From assembly GCA_002269645.1 (NCBI GenBank), contig NIVC01004718.1, positions 1-37,112 of the forward strand: DNA of 37,112 nt, given 5' to 3'. Positions within the stretch are counted from its first letter, which is position 1. Each line of letters opens with the position of its first letter. The position numbers and the translations under genes were made by a program. Shown one piece after another: positions 34,845-37,112 of the stretch. The stretch is from Macrostomum lignano. Lineage: Eukaryota. The notes beneath the pieces are model-generated. The model did no database searches and was not told the origin of the DNA. It worked only from the letters and a program-made list of their open reading frames with translations.

Positions 34845-35033
34845 GAATCCCATTGCTGCCACCAAAAGCTATAACAGGGGTGATTCTTCCTTCTTAATAA
34901 TATCCCATTGTTGTTACCAAAAGCTGTCCCAGGGCTCTTAATTATTATTTTGTTTAGCCTTACTAGCTGCCACCAAGTTGTCAAAGGCTAAACTTCTTCT
35001 TACACTAATCTTTTAAGTTGGTAGCTGCCACCA
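34845..35033 (-). other. Four tRNA-Leu-3'-end-complementary (primer-binding-site-like) motifs at 55-58 bp period
   Basis: Minus-strand cores: TGGTGGCAGCTACC (35033), TGGTGGCAGCTA (34975), TGGTAACAACAATGGGAT (34919) and TGGTGGCAGCAATGGGATTC (34864). Metazoan tRNA-Leu(AAG/TAG) ends ...GAATCCCACCGCTGCCACCA. Confidence 0.6.
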
Positions 35034-35551
35034 GGATTATCCTATTAATAAATTATGAGTTTATCAATCTTAGATTAGAATAATTTGAGAAATGTTTCTT
35101 AGGCCTAGAATTGATCTGAGTATGTATCTTAGTATTTAGTCTAAGTATTTAGTCTGAGTATTTAGTCTGAGTATTTATCTGAGTATATTGTTCTTAGAAT
35201 ATTATTTAGCCCTTACAATTGTTATCGTTCTCTTGTTATTCTAGTAGCGTTTACTATTGTTCTGGTAGCATTTATTGTTATTCTAGCCTGAGTGGTCTAT
35301 TGGCTATATTGGTATATGTATTTCATGTACTTTGCAAGTCCTTGGGCATTACCGAGATCAGAGGGTCATAGCCTCCGGTTATTCTTACACTTATTACTTT
35401 AGAAATACTTTGTATTCTCTTACTACTCAATACTGCTACTTCTCAATAGTATGTACTGTATATGCCTCAGTCTATCTCGCTCTTATGTCTGCAAATGAAT
35501 AACTTAGAAAACGGCTCCTCTTATATTTATTCGTAACATTCCTTTCTTTCT
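35034..35551 (-). mobile_element. Possible LTR-like relic upstream (minus strand) of the PBS-like array
   Basis: The minus strand reads purine tract AGAAAGAAAGGAA, then TGTTACG (35538), then an A-rich segment with AATAAA and short internal repeats. No second LTR copy, no clear CA terminus next to the first PBS, and no gag/pol are seen. Confidence 0.3.
35131..35186. repeat. Short 13-bp tandem repeat AGTATTTAGTCTG, about 4 copies
   Basis: Directly visible. Confidence 0.9.
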
Positions 35552-36153
35552 ATGCTTACTCCTTTCATAGGAACTGCACAAAAGCAAGTTGCTCTCTCTT
35601 TGGCCCAGATTGTGTCTATTTATACTAAATTATTCCGTAGTTTTAAACAAAAATTAATTTGCAAAAATATTTTGGAAAACATGTACATTATAACAAATCG
35701 TTTGCTTAGTATTTTGGCACAAATTTAAAAGGATCAAATCGTAAAAATATAGATCACCCTGCACAACCTACCTCCCCTAAAAAGAAATTTGTGAACAAAG
35801 GTGCTATAACTAGTGCTCTGAGTGAACAAATTTCAAAATGCAACAAAAGTGTGGAGTGCAAAGTGCAAGAACAGTACAATGCAAAATTTTTAAAGCACTA
35901 CTAAATGATATATGTAAAACTATTATAACAGAACAAAGCATTATTCAATAATAAGCAAACAAATTTTGGTAAAAGTAAAACCTCAAAAAATAATAGCGCT
36001 AAATGACAACATATAAAAGCTTGCAGGAAAAACAGCACTAAAGTTCATAAAGGTTTAAAAATGACATGGATCAGGCAAGTCACAAAAATATGGCCAACCG
36101 ATTAGTCCGAAAAGCTAGCGCAGCTTGATGTTCAGGAGTCGATGCTGTACCGC

Positions 36154-37112
36154 TTAAGAGTCGGCTTGCATGATACGCCGCAGCTCCTCAGTGATGTATT
36201 GCAGCATGGCCTTGACAGAATCAACCGGAATAAATGCCAAAGCAGAGAAGCAGCAACATGCTTGGGCGCAACCTAGGGATTCACCCGGCCGTTTCTATTG
36301 GCAACACACACATGTAAGTCACTATTGGACGGAATAGTAGTCACGTGACTGCTCTCAGCCAATAGCGACTTACATGTGTGTGTTGCCAATAGAAACGGCC
36401 GAGTGATTCCCAAGGTTGCGCATGTATGAGCAGCAAAGCCACACTGAGAGCATGCCATCCTCAGCCTCAACTTGGCGCTTGAGTCCATTGGTGATGGCAT
36501 GTCCATATACACTTTGCACAGAAAGTGTGTACAGACATGTACAAAGTCACATATCCAGCGCTGGGGCTGTAAATTTGGTGCCAAAACTGTGAGCTGCTCG
36601 TATAAGCGATTGCAGACTGCTTGAGTCTTTGCTAGTAGCAGTGCATAAATTAATGGATGCACAAATCCATGAAGCTCAACATGGATGCTGACCAGTTGTG
36701 CAAATAATGGTGGAGAAGTATCAAAAGTGCCATCTGAATAAAATTGAGCAGCTGCCTGCAGCGCCAGCAAGTTCTTGTCGCTGCCAAAAATCAAAATTTG
36801 CATGTTTCCATGGCTGAAGTTGTCCAGTAGAAATCTTGACCCATTGTGTACTCAAAATTCATCAGGAACCACTAAATCGTTCAGATTGATCAGCTGTACA
36901 GGTAGTCCTTGGTGCACATAGCGCACATTCTGAACCATTCTCTTCAGCAAGTTCTGGCTAGGAAAGGCCACACCTGCTGCCTCAGGTAGACTGCTAGCGT
37001 GCTCCATGATTATCCTTGCAGTTGGGTCTTGGGTCTGCCTTGCATTGGTCTTCATGCCTTGGACGGCCTCCAGGATGCTGAAGCGTGAGCCAACTGCACC
37101 ATGGTTATGCTG
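36154..37112 (-). pseudogene. Degenerate Mutator-like (FLYWCH-MULE) transposase; continues beyond the right edge
   Basis: One frame reads HNH...FPSQNLLKRMV...DLVVPDEF*...RFLLD...ILIFGS...FYSDGTFDTSPPLFAQLVSIH...PLIYALL...WICDF, which includes the first two catalytic Asp motifs (DGTF, CDF). After a deletion/frameshift it continues QSVY...NGLK...CFSALAFIPVDSV. It has an in-frame TGA at 36852-36854 and a MITE insertion. Confidence 0.88.
36257..36428. mobile_element. 172-bp fold-back MITE with CAT...ATG termini and a perfect 8-bp TSD AGCAGCAA, inserted into the MULE transposase
   Basis: TSD at 36249-36256 and 36429-36436. Inverted arms 36266-36328 and 36359-36421 (63 bp, 4 mismatches). Removing the element plus one TSD restores the frame VWLCCFSALAFIP. 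Confidence 0.9.

Noticed and set aside
34845-35033. Genuine tRNA-Leu gene(s)
   Set aside because: Only the T-arm 3' side, acceptor strand and CCA are present; there is no D-arm, anticodon arm or A-box.

Overview
Eukaryotic (animal) genomic DNA, not prokaryotic. GC3-rich exons alternate with at least nine unrelated mini-/satellite arrays. This architecture resembles the flatworm Macrostomum (inference only). From left to right: (1) a >=12.7 kb 32-34 bp satellite filling an intron of ABTB1; (2) the last three ABTB1 exons (+ strand), each intron holding a different minisatellite; (3) a 23-bp palindromic array and a hAT-like MITE; (4) a probable two-exon orphan gene with a C-terminal coiled coil; (5) three more arrays; (6) a compact Prdm3/16 (Evi1/hamlet/egl-43)-type three-zinc-finger gene (- strand); (7) an intronless mitochondrial PDPR/SARDH-family flavoprotein gene (- strand); (8) a 13-bp array; (9) AT-rich DNA containing four regularly spaced tRNA-Leu-3'-end (primer-binding-site-like) motifs next to an LTR-like segment; (10) a dead Mutator (FLYWCH-MULE) transposase interrupted by a 172-bp fold-back MITE with an 8-bp TSD. 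The PBS-like array at 34845-35033 is the most unusual element. All protein assignments come from motif recognition by eye; no searches were run.
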